A stretch of DNA of 61,793 nt, filler included, from Sanchytrium tribonematis (GCA_018985235.1; 5 parts of 5 records of this genome joined end to end with filler, not necessarily neighbours in it), one strand, 5' to 3'. Shown: positions 23,345 to 35,484, counted from the whole stretch's first letter. Notes: generated from the letters alone by a model not told the origin. Made by a program: numbers and translations.

Positions 23345-24716
23345 ATGCTACATCCTCTTTGGGTTGACAATATGACAGACCTCGATGAATTTGGACAAAT
23401 GTGGTTCTATCCAGAATTGAGGGCAACTAAAGATCCCATATTTTTTAGCACAGAAAATCCCAAAAGGCTGGCAAATCTTAGTGGTCAAATATTTTGGATA
23501 GATGGAATGGTAATCGATGATTCCTACAACGATTTGGACTGTTTTCAATTTGGGTTAAGGTGGAATTATGTCCTAGCTGAGTTTTATTGGTGGGGATTCG
23601 CAATTCCAAATGATGATCAAACTTATGCTCCTTCAAAATCTGTTGCTAATCAACAAAATCTCTCTTGCGTCTTTTTATGTCCACCTGGCTATTATATGAC
23701 TAACATACAAAATATATGGGGTGTCACTTTGTGCAAAAGGTGTGATGAGAGTTGCTTTACATGCATAGGACCAAGTTTTGACGAGTGTAAAAGCTGCAGA
23801 GAAAAGTCTGATATTGTTAAAACTAATTGGATAAGATCACCAATAGGAAATGGGACTTGCTCTCCTAATTGTCTCTCTAATCAGTATTATTTAAATGGAA
23901 ACTGTTATAATTGTGGCAATAATTGCTCCAAATGTAATTCTTTCATATGCTTAGAATGTGCAACTGGTTTTTATCTTAATAATGGCAATTGCCTCGTTTG
24001 TCCACCAAATTGTGATTTATGCAATGTTAGTGGCTGTTTAAAGTGCAGCAATTCATATTTCATTAACACCATAGTCTACACTATGAGTCCAATTACTATT
24101 CAAATGGGATATGAAGGTTCCTCTTTAACACCATTTTCGGAGACAATATACTCTTGTTATTCCAATGGAGAATCTCCACAAGCTTCTTCAAAAGATGTCA
24201 CACTGATCACTACTTCCACACAAACCATCACATCTATAGCTTATAGCTTTGTGAATACCACTATATACTCAAAAGACACATTTTATCTTTCAGATTCTGC
24301 TACATTTATCAATTCTAATAGTACCACCATAACAGTTCAAGAAAATTCTACCGAACCCTGCCATTGGACTAGCAAAACTTTAACAAATTATATCGAAGAC
24401 CGAACTACTGTTTCTCATTTAATTGATGAACAGCAAGCAACACAATTAAACAACGTTTCTCATGTCCATCATTACCACTATATCAGTCAATTGGATTTAT
24501 TAAATATTTACCATCTCTGTAGTGATGATAATGCCACTTCTTATCTGACTAATGCAAATAGTCTACAGGATACGGCAAGTAATAATACTGCACATGTTAC
24601 AGCCATTCTTAATACTTTGAGCTCTGGCTCCATTTCTACTTCAAATTCGAGGTTGGGTGGTCAATTTTACTCGTCGGATTTGTCTTCAAATTTATTGGAG
24701 AATTTGATCCTCACTA
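23345..24716 (+). CDS. Cys-rich furin-like-repeat, Ser/Thr-rich probable surface protein, 3'-partial
   Basis: CDESCFTCIGPSFDECKSC, CGNNCSKCNSFICLECATGFYL repeats, then a Thr/Ser-rich stalk; runs into the linker. Confidence 0.65.
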
Positions 24717-24816
24717 NNNNNNNNNNNNNNNNNNNNNNNNNNNNNNNNNNNNNNNNNNNNTTAATTAATTAANNNNNNNNNNNNNNNNNNNNNNNNNNNN
24801 NNNNNNNNNNNNNNNN
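24717..24816. other. Artificial contig linker
   Basis: N44-TTAATTAATTAA-N44. Confidence 0.98.
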
Positions 24817-25808
24817 TCAGCCGCCAATTTGACAATATCTCCAACCTTTTCTCTAGCCTCAGCCACTCTTTTTTGATCAAAAAAACTTCCCATACGATTT
24901 ATACCCCATGAAGAGCCTGTCAAAGCGTTTCTGAGCGACTCTTTGCCATAATGCTTAAAGGGACAGCCATGGTTATCTGAGCTTCCCGGTTGATTTGCTG
25001 TTATAATTTTGGAGCAGCTAAGTGAAGTACTTCCACCATGTTTAAGATGAGCCTTTTGTTCAAGGTGATCTTGCAAACTTGCCATGCAAGGTGGGAACAT
25101 ATGCTTTGACTTTTTAATATCTTCAGCCACCTGCACATTCAATCCACTCGAGAAATCTAAAAGCGCAGTGTTGGTAGTGCTTTCAATGTGACAATTTGAA
25201 AACATCTTTAATATTTGATTCATTCTTGGATCATCTTCAAAACAATTGATAACTTTTCGGGACACCTCAATATTTTTAACCAATTCCATTCTAAAAAGCT
25301 CTTTTGCAAATTCTACAACCTGTATAGCAGGTACGAATGCAAACCCATTTTCTAACTGGATTTGCCTTTTTGCAACTAGTGATGGAACTTGCTCAAATGC
25401 AATTCTATACAAACTTCCCTTGTTTTCATCGTTTATGAGCTCAAAAGATCCACCAGCTCTTAAAAATTTCATTTGTTCTGCATTTGAAGCCTTCCGAAAT
25501 TTGCTCTCGAAAAATGATAACTCGTGAGAGAGCAACCAATTTGAAGCGTCTTCCGATGACGATAAAGATAGCCTTAATATCAAATGCGATATCAAATCGT
25601 CATCGTCCTTTTGAAAGTAATTTTTTTCAATCTCAGAATGCCATTGTTGCATTGGAATATCTAAAGTTTTTTCAGTGGTTGCTAAATCAGACACTTTTTT
25701 AAGCAAAAGAGCTCTCTTGGAAATGATCGATATTAAATGGTCCGTATTTGCTAAGTAATCTGGATTTGGGTAGGTATTGTATAAGTTTAAATGAAGCTCG
25801 GCAACCAT
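24817..25808 (-). CDS. PRI2: DNA primase large subunit, 3'-partial, with an apparent internal in-frame deletion
   Basis: DLISHLILRL, FEQVPSLVAKRQIQLENGFAFVP, FPPCM, HLKHGG, SCSKII, HGCPFKH. Likely ATG at 25808. Confidence 0.88.
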
Positions 25809-25830
25809 TGTAAGAAAAAATTTATTTTTG

Positions 25831-26623
25831 TCAAAATTCCAAAGTAAACCTGGCATCGGAAAATCCTAAATAAATAACAATTACCTGCAGACTCCATTAG
25901 TTTACCGTTTGAGTCAGTACCTTCGAAAACGACATTGAATTTAATCGGACATATAGGATCAGACGTTTTCCCACTATCTGGGTCTACATTCGGAACACAT
26001 TTTTCCGCCTTGTAATTGTCGATGCAATTATGATTAGCGTCAACATCAATTTGTGAGCAAGCTCTTATTGGTTTTTGCCAATACATGTTATTTAAGATGC
26101 CTTTCTTAAACTTCAATGATATAGTTCTACTGGATTGTACGTAAACATCAGAATTAAATGGCTGGAACCATTTTGTACCGTTAGAGGTGGCCAAATATTG
26201 GTTGCAATTTTTTCCACCCGGACACTGAAACACAGCAAGATTAACTATTCCTGTATTTCTTTGTGCCACTGTCCATAAAACAGAGTAAGTATCTACATCT
26301 ACCAAATGCTGTGAAGTGTATAGCTCAGTTTTATATCTCGGAAGGCCATCGGCACCCAACCCGGCATCAGTATCTTCATAAGTTGCATTATGCTGAATAA
26401 TTAAAAATATTGTGGAACCTTTACTATACGCAGCTGGATCTCTAGCATTTCTTTGATCGGGCCCAAAAGTTCCTGTGGAATTTCGACAACCACTGCAATA
26501 AGTAGTTACTTTGGATGCATTAACTATTCCCAACTGAGCCAAGTCCTGAGTTATATTTGCAGTGGAGTTCTGGACTCCAAAAGTTATTAATGAAGCTGCA
26601 GATATTAAAATATTAAAAATCAT
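25831..26623 (-). CDS. Secreted Cys-containing protein resembling the plant Expp1-type family, 2 exons, 257 aa
   Basis: Signal peptide; ISLKFKKGILNNMYW and FNVVFEGTDSNG recall that family (from memory). Splicing 25866-25884 gives the end SAGFSDARFTLEF*. Confidence 0.5.
25866..25884 (-). other. 19-nt spliceosomal intron GTAATTGTTATTTATTTAG
   Basis: CAG|GTAAT donor, TTTAT branch motif at the fixed position; removal abolishes the overlap with the PRI2 start. Confidence 0.8.
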
Positions 26624-26756
26624 GACCTGTGGCTTGAATAATTTTTTGTTTTAAACATTTTTGTCTGAAGATGGCTCTTTTCCAAATTACTACGTTGAAT
26701 TTTGTCCAATATGGTATTGAGATTCAGGTTAATAATTTAATTTCTCCCACTGTAAC

Positions 26757-27170
26757 ATGAGTTTTTTAAACAATTATTTCGAAAAAGGTATTAAAAGAGA
26801 TGAGCAAATAAATGATATGTCTGAAGAAGAATTTTCTAAGCCTGTAGCATTTGCTTTAGAAAAGAGACCAAGAAAATATGATGGAGTCGCATCAGATATT
26901 GCAGATTTTGACCCTAATCACTATCGTATTTTTGTTGGGAATCTTGGTGAAGATGTTACCGATATAATGATGGTAGATTTCTTTCAAATATATGATAGCT
27001 TTCAAAAGGCCAGAGTCGTTCGCGATAAAAATGGGAGATCCAAAGGATTTGGTTTTGCAACGTTCAAAGAAGGTAAAGATTTTTTGAAAGTCTTGAAGGA
27101 AAAAAATAACAAATTTCTGGGGAAAAGACCTGTCAAAATCAAGAAATCAAATTGGAAAGCAAAAAAATAA
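26757..27170 (+). CDS. RBM42: RRM protein, RBM42-like (tri-snRNP associated)
   Basis: DFDPNHYRIFVGNLGEDVTD..SFQKARVVRDK..KGFGFATF..GKRPVKIKKSNWK matches the RBM42 C-terminal RRM. Confidence 0.8.
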   Translation: MSFLNNYFEKGIKRDEQINDMSEEEFSKPVAFALEKRPRKYDGVASDIADFDPNHYRIFVGNLGEDVTDIMMVDFFQIYDSFQKARVVRDKNGRSKGFGFATFKEGKDFLKVLKEKNNKFLGKRPVKIKKSNWKAKK

Positions 27171-27201
27171 TATAATTTAATAACTTTGACATTAACGGTT
27201 G

Positions 27202-28029
27202 CTATTGACCATCCTCCATTTCCTCAAAAAGAAGTTTGGTGAAGTCCGTATCATCGTCAATTGCTTGTGGATTGTCTGAAGCAACAAGAGGTTGATTTGG
27301 AGAAGGGTTTTGAGAGCCATATGGCGAGGGATATTGTTGATCAGGCGAAAATGCTGGCATCATAAACATTGGATTCTGCTGCATGGCATATTGCTGTTGT
27401 ACATAGAGTTGTTGCATCTGCTGTGGAGATATAGGCTGTGTAGCTGCTTGTTGTTGTGGCGAGAGTTGCTGTGGTATCACATCTGTAGAAGGTTGTGGTA
27501 TCGTCTGCATATACTGCTGATTAGGCTGGGGTTGCTGGTAGTAATATGGGTAATATTGTTGGTATGCCACTGCAGATGCAAAATTGGTATCCAAAAATGG
27601 TAGTTGGTCATTTGGCTGTATATTTTGAGCTTCGAGTGATTTCTTCTCAGCCTCGTTAGTAAATTCATCAATTTCGGAACCAGCTTCTTTATTTGATTCT
27701 TCCTCTAATTCTGATAAGTCAGGGATAATTAACGAATCGTGATAATCGTCCATTGCTTTTAAAACCATATTTAATCGAGATTTAAGTAGGTCTGCTGTGA
27801 CGTTCACCGGCATCCAATCTTTATTAAGCTTTACACTATCAATAATATCTGTAGACCACTCAGATATGTGTCTGGCCATGTCACAAAGTCTTCCTTGTAA
27901 AACATCATTTGATGGCCTTATCTGGTCGGGTACTGGCCTGGGAATTAGTCTGTGGTTTTCAAATTTCAAAGGTAAAGCTTGCTTATGATCTGCATCATTA
28001 TTTGGAGAAATTGAGCCGAGTGATGACAT
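27202..28029 (-). CDS. Hypothetical protein with Gln/Pro-rich low-complexity region and acidic tail
   Basis: 275-aa ATG-started ORF; composition suggests a transcriptional activation-type region. Confidence 0.6.
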   Translation of the reverse strand: MSSLGSISPNNDADHKQALPLKFENHRLIPRPVPDQIRPSNDVLQGRLCDMARHISEWSTDIIDSVKLNKDWMPVNVTADLLKSRLNMVLKAMDDYHDSLIIPDLSELEEESNKEAGSEIDEFTNEAEKKSLEAQNIQPNDQLPFLDTNFASAVAYQQYYPYYYQQPQPNQQYMQTIPQPSTDVIPQQLSPQQQAATQPISPQQMQQLYVQQQYAMQQNPMFMMPAFSPDQQYPSPYGSQNPSPNQPLVASDNPQAIDDDTDFTKLLFEEMEDGQ

Positions 28030-28223
28030 TCGATTTGTTTGGTGACGTTCTCCGTTTATCCCTATTTTCTAATGTAAATCGAGGATTTCTTGTAAGTAAA
28101 CCAAATATTATGGTATTGATACTAAAATACCGGAGGCAAAACAACAGTTGCCTTATGTCAAATTGATTTTACAATTTTGTCGTAAAATTTTGAATGGTAA
28201 CTTGAAACATTGCAAATTTCATT

Positions 28224-28760
28224 ATGAATAATATTTATGAGAGACTTCGAATATATGAACAATCACCAACTGATCCAAATTGCAACTCTCTGAAGTCATT
28301 AATTGAAGAGCAATACTTATTAATTCAACATGAACATCCAGCCTTAAAGAAAAAAATAACGGGAGAATTACAGTCAATTCGAGATCGTATAGCTGTTATA
28401 TCTAACAAAGAAAAAAATAGGCTCAAATCAGAAAGAGAAGTTCACCAAAGGCAAACTTTATTTCAAGGTGCCGCTGATCATACAGGCATCCAAATGGGTG
28501 ATTTACAAATGGATTATGCGCATGCTCAAGTGGACGGAATGATTGACCAAGGTAGGAAATTTATAAGTGAAATATCTTCTCAAAACATGGCGCTTAAACG
28601 AATGAAGAATAAGGTTCTAACCAGTCTCTCCACTTTGGGAGTTTCTCAATCACTAATTGCCAAGATTAATACACAATTGTCCAGCGACATGGTGGTTTTT
28701 TGGCTTCTTGTATTAGTTTTTTTTGGCATAGTACTTCTATTTTACATTTATATCCTTTGA
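28224..28760 (+). CDS. Qb-SNARE, Bos1/membrin-like
   Basis: QRQTLF, VDGMIDQG..ISSQNMALK..LSTLGVSQSLIAKI, C-terminal TM anchor. Confidence 0.75.
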   Translation: MNNIYERLRIYEQSPTDPNCNSLKSLIEEQYLLIQHEHPALKKKITGELQSIRDRIAVISNKEKNRLKSEREVHQRQTLFQGAADHTGIQMGDLQMDYAHAQVDGMIDQGRKFISEISSQNMALKRMKNKVLTSLSTLGVSQSLIAKINTQLSSDMVVFWLLVLVFFGIVLLFYIYIL

Positions 28761-28782
28761 CATAAATTAAATAAAATAGAGT

Positions 28783-30220
28783 TTACTTTTTCAGCATCCA
28801 ATCAATTACATCGATTTTAGTCACAATTCCACGAATTTCATCTTTATCTGTAATAATCGCTGCAGAGTGCTTGTCAAAAAATTTGATCAATTCTGGTAAT
28901 TTTGTTGATTCTTCCATATTAACGTAATGCTTAGAGTTGTCAAATTTGAACATGACCTTATCCACAGCAGTGTCTTTTCCAATTTTCCCGCTAGTGAGTT
29001 TTGACAAAATGTTTCCAAGTGTAATTAATCCTTTAATTTTCGAACCTAAAACGACTGGTAATTGATCAAAACCGTGACTTTTCATAATTTCAATTGCTTT
29101 TCCACAAGAGGTCTAAATTAATCGTAGATACTTCTAACTGAACTGTAATTGGACTTTCCAGTTTTAAGTCTTTCACAGTATAACCCTTATAGGCTTCTAA
29201 TTCGTCAGGAACTGGCGACACAACCTTTGCATCGCCTTCTAAAAATCCATTTTTCTTCATCCATTCGTCAGACAGATGCTTAGTCAAATAGTTTCTGACA
29301 GAATCTGGTAACAAAACCACTACAGTTTTTGTAGAATCTTGATCATAGCCATGATCTCTAATAGCTTTAAATGCATTCGCTAGAGCTGAGCCAGAGCTAC
29401 CACCACACAGTAAGCCTTCCTCAGCAATAAGTTTTCTGGCATAGTAAAACGATTCTTTATCATTTGACTTGTACCATTTATCAATCAAAGTTCGATCTAA
29501 TACATCTGGAATAAAGTCGTAACCTATACCTTCGACTTGATATCCTCCTTCTTCCGTATTCAAAGAATTAGGCTCTGCCAAAATGCTACCAACAGGATCT
29601 ACTCCAATTACAATGACCTTGGAATTTAATTCTTTCAATTTTTTGGAAGTACCACTGATTGTACCACCAGTTCCAGCACCAGCAACAAACATGTCAACTT
29701 TTTGACCACTTTGCTCCCATATTTCAGTTGCAGTGTATTTATAATGTGCGTTTGGATTTGAAGGATTTTTGTATTGATCTAAAATTACGCTATCCTTGAT
29801 TTTCTCGTTTAAGCGTTTCGCAACACTAATGTGTGACTCTGGAGAGTCCCAAGCTGCTTCGGTTGGAGTTCTTATTATTTCAGCTCCTAAAGCCTTGAGA
29901 ACAGCCACTTTTTCTTGAGACATTTTTTCCGGAAGCGTAATTATACATCTGTAACCTTTGACGGCAGCGCAAAGCGCTATACCAATTCCAGTGTTACCTG
30001 AAGTTGGTTCAATAAGCGTACATCCTGGCTTTAGACGGCCTTCCTTTTCAGCCATTAGAACCATTTCCTTGGCAATTCTGTCCTTCACAGACCCGCCTGC
30101 ATTAAAAAATTCACATTTGGCAAGAACTTTACATTTGATGCCTTCTGCCTGAGGAATACACTTGAGTTCTACTAAGGGAGTGTTACCGATTCTTTCCAAA
30201 ATTGATTGATTTAATTCCAT
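28783..30220 (-). CDS. CYS4: Cystathionine beta-synthase (no heme domain; C-terminal CBS pair), 2 exons, 472 aa
   Basis: [44 protein letters not shown] domains join in frame after removing 29113-29131. Confidence 0.96.
29113..29131 (-). other. 19-nt spliceosomal intron GTATCTACGATTAATTTAG (CBS)
   Basis: Removal gives [28 protein letters not shown], a normal CBS-domain start. Confidence 0.92.
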
Positions 30221-30384
30221 AAAATCCTTAGTTTCAGCTGAGCAAAATTACTAAAAGGAGAATTGACGAAAGAGACCACACTAGTGAATTTTGTTCTAAA
30301 TTAAAAGAGGTGAAAATTTAATGTTGGCAGAAGTGATCTATTAATTTTTGTAAAGTTTAAAAAATTATTTAGAAACAAGTTTGG

Positions 30385-31587
30385 ATGGATTTTCACTCCA
30401 TATGCATAAGAAAGCTGCCTCCAGGGACGCAAAAAACTCAAGTTTATATTGTAGACAAGCAAAAAAGTATTAGAAGATCAGAGTGGCAACCCAACCGAAA
30501 TCTTGAATTTGCTATAAAAGGAACTATCGCCTCAGACTTGGTCATTGGAGTAGATTATTACTTAGATGGCAGGCTGATGCATGTTAAAAAACAAATGATG
30601 AACGTTGTTTTTATTGGGCCAAGAATACCAAATATTTCATTTCCACCGATTCACATATTTTTGCAAAATCACAAAGGCTATTATATGGAATCTGGTCATG
30701 AAAAAGTTAAAATTCATAAACAGGAATTTTCAAGAACGTTTGGCAAAACAAACCAAGAAACTTGCGATAGTATACTAAGTTTGAAAATGCAAATAGATCA
30801 AATCAGAAAAGAAATTGAAATCATAAAGTTAGTCAAAGATTTAAATGTGCTTGAAAGGATTCAATCTGTGAGGTCTGATGTCGAAAGGCGCAGAACCCAA
30901 GTATCTGTATTACAACGCAAAATTATATCTTACAAAACTTATTTGAGAACCAAAGAAGAACATTTTATTAAGCAAAAACTGTGTCTCTCCGAAATGAAAG
31001 AATCGCTTCTTGATAGTATTGCTTTGTACAGTCAAAATAGACAAAATCTATTGCAAATTATATCAGATTCTCAAAAAATTCAAATGAGTATAATTCGAGA
31101 TATCAGTTTTGTTTATCATATTGATATGAGTGAGGGAAAATGCTTTATAAATGGCAGTTTCTTACCAAATAGTGTCTTTATGAATGTTGATTATCGAGAA
31201 ATTATGATATCTCTTGGCCAGGTTGCTCATCTGATATCTTTGCTGTCGGAATATCTATTTATAGACTTGAAATATCCAATAATATGTCGAGGATCGCATT
31301 CATTTATAATGGATCCAATAACTCAATATCCCGAACAATTTAAGTTAGGCAAAATGATTCGATTATGGCACGCACCGGACTCTAGACTCGACTGGTCCGT
31401 ATATCTTTTGAATAAGGATATTGAGCTTATAATGTTTCTAAGAGGACAAAGGGTTAGAGATTTACGAAAAACTTTGCCAAATTTAAAATTAATTTTGGAT
31501 GTAGTCCAAGAAAAGCTATTTATGGAAAGTGAAACTGTAACCACTTTGTCTGATAATTACAGCCAATTTAATTTTAATGCAAAATAA
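30385..31587 (+). CDS. UVRAG: UVRAG/Vps38 (PI3K complex II subunit)
   Basis: Coiled coil, then LGQVAHLISLLSEYLFIDLKYPIICRGSHSFIMD, VYLLNKDI, DLRKTLPNLK. Confidence 0.8.
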   Translation: MDFHSICIRKLPPGTQKTQVYIVDKQKSIRRSEWQPNRNLEFAIKGTIASDLVIGVDYYLDGRLMHVKKQMMNVVFIGPRIPNISFPPIHIFLQNHKGYYMESGHEKVKIHKQEFSRTFGKTNQETCDSILSLKMQIDQIRKEIEIIKLVKDLNVLERIQSVRSDVERRRTQVSVLQRKIISYKTYLRTKEEHFIKQKLCLSEMKESLLDSIALYSQNRQNLLQIISDSQKIQMSIIRDISFVYHIDMSEGKCFINGSFLPNSVFMNVDYREIMISLGQVAHLISLLSEYLFIDLKYPIICRGSHSFIMDPITQYPEQFKLGKMIRLWHAPDSRLDWSVYLLNKDIELIMFLRGQRVRDLRKTLPNLKLILDVVQEKLFMESETVTTLSDNYSQFNFNAK

Positions 31588-31592
31588 TAGCT

Positions 31593-34500
31593 TTAATACA
31601 AAATCGACTTTACTTGATCTATGGCTTTTGTAATATGTGCATTGATTTGAGCTTCTTCCATTTGTTTGTTACTAAGTAACGTTTTCTTTTTGAGCTCTAA
31701 TAGGTATTTCAGATCGTCTTGCTTATATTTGTATGATTCCTTCAATAAATAATCACCGAGGTCATCAAAATGACGATAGGCTCCATAAAAATGTTCAGCT
31801 TTCAATAATGACACATCTTGGATATCTCTCAGATGCTGTTCTATTGATATTATATTTTTCCTCATTTTCAATATGCCACTATCATCAATGGTCTTAATGT
31901 ATTTCAGATTTGATGTGAACAGATTCTCGAATAAAACTTGCAAATCACTAAAAATAAACTCAAAATCATTGGGATGTAAATTCTCTCTGCAGATGTCTTC
32001 CAACATACTTAAGGAATGATTTAAAATGTAGACATAGTGATCTGGCTCCGGCTTATTGCCAGTAAATTCGTAGTTTCCTTCACGAAAAATTAAATCCATG
32101 TAAAAATAAATTTGTCCTCGAATCTCCATTTTTAATGCGAATAAACAAAATTTTGACAATTTAATCACATCGGCTTTGACACCTTGAAAAGTTCGAAAAT
32201 TGTCAGCGCTAATTGGTACTTGCTGTGATTGATCGTCTGACAAAATAATCTTGTCTAAATAAGAATCACTTGCAGCAATAGTTTCTTCCATTAAGCTTAC
32301 CATTGAACCAATGCTAGTCAAATTGGGTTCAATTTTGACATTTTTGGTTGTCATGGTAGACACTTCTGTAAGTAGCCAAGTCAAGCTTGTGTTCAATTTT
32401 GCTATGGTAATCAATGCTGAGATATCATTTTGAAGAGAATCTTTAGAGATATCTTTGTGCACATTACTTGATTTTTCCGCTAAAAATAAATCTACACTTG
32501 AGGAGTTTTTTTCCAATAATAGATTTAAACATGTCAGAATATTTTCGTGTTGCAAAAACTTGGCAGTACTTTTTTGTGTGATCTGGTACACTTCTAGGTT
32601 AATTTAAAATACCATTTAAGAATGTTTTACATCTATCATACACTTTTTTGATCAAATTGAAAAGAATCAGTGAATATTCATTATTGTGAAACGGAAGTAG
32701 ACTCATTAATGTAGCGAGACTTTTAATAAGTCTCGAAGTACGCTTTGTAATTCTGAGGATGCTATCTTGGTTGTTTTCAAGATGAAATGCATCTGTATCT
32801 GCAACAATGTTATCAAGAATATCATTGATTTGAGATTGTACTTGAGGAAAATAATATTGCTGAAAACAGTCGTCTAAAAACATTATAAGATCAGAGTCTT
32901 TCAATGGAGTCAGCCTCATTGCAACATCTAGAAAAGAGACTGTATTTGGAAAAATGGAAAGCATATTAAATATATTAGAATTGGCCAGATTGCTACTATT
33001 TGAATCCACCTTGACACTGTATGGATCAAAACTAAGCAAGGCATTTGAAGGTGGTTTGAATAAAGTTGAGCTGGGTGAAAAATTAACATGCTTGAGCTTA
33101 AACATTAGTGTTCTTGCTTTTTCGTTTTTTAAAGAATCTAGATTTGCAATTGTATTTCCTAAAAGATAATTTTCCATGAAGGCCAGTAATTCTTTTCTAA
33201 ATATTGCCCAAGAGTCATCAAATATCCTGACTTTTGTAAATTTACGAAGCACTTCTTCTGTGATATATATAAAATGCATGATCCCTACAATTTTGGAAAA
33301 TAAAAACTGCAGGTAAGAATCAAGAACTTTGATGGCAAGTTCATCAATCGTTAATGTGTCGGGTTGCATAGGTAAAATCTTATAGTTTGAAAATTCTTTC
33401 AGTATAAGAGACTTTGCCATTTCCATAATTTCATCCATTTGGGCCTGGATGCTCCTGGTAATACTCTCTATTAACTCATTTGATCGTTCTAGTTCGACAA
33501 CACTTAAAACTAGTAGATGCAGATATTCCATCACGTCTACGTTTTCATAATTGTCATAGTCTTCAATTAATTTGGGGTTATAATTATTATCTTTAATTGT
33601 CTTTAACAATAATGGGTTCATATCGTCAATGATCTTCTCTTTCCTATTTTGGTCTTTCGATGCAAAAGCGTCCTCAAACTGAAGACTTCTAGATGCACAT
33701 TTTGGATGTTTTAGGAAAATAATATCTTGTAATTCATGAATTGCTTTTTCGATAGTTATGTTCATTTTTCTGACTATGTCTTTTCTTAAATTATCCATTT
33801 GGTAAACTTTTTGCAAATCAAAATTTTGGCAATTATGCAGAGCCTTCTTTAAAGTCCTTGCCATTGTTAAAAACTTGCGTTTCTCATTTAGAGATTCGAC
33901 TGATTCTATTTGAATTTGTATCTTTCTGATTATATCTACTTGACCTAATGTATCTCTAAGATGCAGCGACTTGTTATGTAGGGTCAAGAGATCTTCATTT
34001 CTTTCAACTAGTGTTTCTTTGATTTCCATACCTCTTGCATATGCTCTTTTGGATGATTCCATTGAAATACTGACATTTTCAATCAAGCTTGTATAAGTCT
34101 CTAGAGACTTTTGAAATTGATCATAACGGTCACTAACTAGTACTTCAAAGGCTTTTTCCGCTTTAAGAATTAAATGTGATAGATTTTGCAAATCTTTTAT
34201 AGGTCCTTTCTCAAGCATTATAGATAATGCTAATACAACTGGTGAAAAATCCTCTTCAAAAATGTATGGGAAATCGCTCGAAAAATAATCAAATAATTCT
34301 TGCGCTTCTTTTGGCCATTTCTTATCTCTTTGTAAATTTGTTTTTGTTTTACTCGTGATGGCGTTAAGATTGTTCGTTGCATCTGCATCAGCAATAAATT
34401 CGTCTTCACTATGCTGACTTCTGTTCCTCTTAATCGATGGTTCAGTTTTTGGAATAGATTGTGGTACTGGAGGAACATCTTCCGATTTTACTTCAGGCTC

Positions 34501-35313
34501 TGACTTTTGAGACGGCCTTCTTCTTGTACTTCTACCAGATGCCTTTCTGTCTCTTCGAACAAGAGTTGGGTCACTGCCATCTACCTCTCGGTCTTGAATT
34601 AGATTTTTCGGCAATTCTCTTGCTGGTATGGAAGGACTCACCTCTCCACTTCGATTCATACTTTTGTAAACAATTCCCGTTGGGACCGGGGGCGGTGGAT
34701 CTTCTTTCCTTCTCATGTTTTCTCTAGATGCATCCCTTGAACTTTTTCTAGACCGAACTGAAGATGCACTTCTATCACGGGCCATTGTACGCTGCTGCGG
34801 CGATTCAATACTATCATTAGATCTATTTCTTACATCCCTGGGTCTTGTGCGGGTTTGAACTTCTTCACTGCTCTTTCGCATTAGAGCTGTGGAAAAATCT
34901 TCCTTTGGCTCTTCAGTAGCTGGCTCACGAGGTTTAGATGGCCGCCTTCTTTGAGATCTGGAGCTTCCACTGCGTGATCTGGGGCCATCATCAGCAAATT
35001 TCTCCCTACTACTTGATTTTGGCGGAGGATCTTCGGGTATTGGAGCCTCAGTTTCCTCAATAACGTCCCCTGAAGTACCCAAATTTTCAGTACTTGGGCC
35101 TCCACCGGTCTTCTTTTTGCCCATTGAATACCAATGCTTCTTCTTTTCTTTTTCATCCATATTGTCGGGGGAGAGGCTTGGCGTGGAAGACATATCACTA
35201 TCCCTATTTTTCTTTTTAAACATTTTCTTCAACTTGTTTTCTTTATCGGGGCTTTGGCTGTCAATACTTTGGGTGTCGTCTTCCTTATCTTTTTTCTTTT
35301 TGATTAATCCCAT
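31593..35313 (-). CDS. SEC8: Exocyst subunit Sec8 with long charged N-terminal extension, 2 exons, ~1233 aa
   Basis: EEDFSPVVLAL, LVSDRYDQFQKSLETY, IHELQDIIFLK; second exon CLFALKMEIRGQIYFYMD, PEPDHYV, GILKMRKNIISIEQHL. Confidence 0.82.
32594..32612 (-). other. 19-nt spliceosomal intron GTATTTTAAATTAACCTAG (SEC8)
   Basis: Removal gives KTFLN-E-VYQIT and fuses the 906-aa and 332-aa ORFs; TTAAC branch motif. Confidence 0.9.
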
Positions 35314-35484
35314 CAGCAAAAAATTGTTTCAAATATTTATTTTGAACACAATTTCTTTAATTTGCACCTTAGATTATTAATACAGTAATTGATCTTTTAG
35401 AATTAGGTAGATCAAGAAGGAGCAATAATTCGCCAAGTTGATTCTTTTGAAAAAGTTCAAAGGGGTTCAAACGACAGAAACAAA

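Noticed and set aside
25787..25856. Apparent overlap between the secreted-protein ORF and PRI2
   Set aside because: It disappears once the intron is spliced (stop at 25831) and the PRI2 ATG is placed at 25808.
1592..32612. Programmed ribosomal frameshifting or sequencing indels as the cause of split ORFs
   Set aside because: No shared slippery sequence. Each break has a 19-nt GT-AG segment with a common branch motif, and PRL and CBS homology requires removing those bases.
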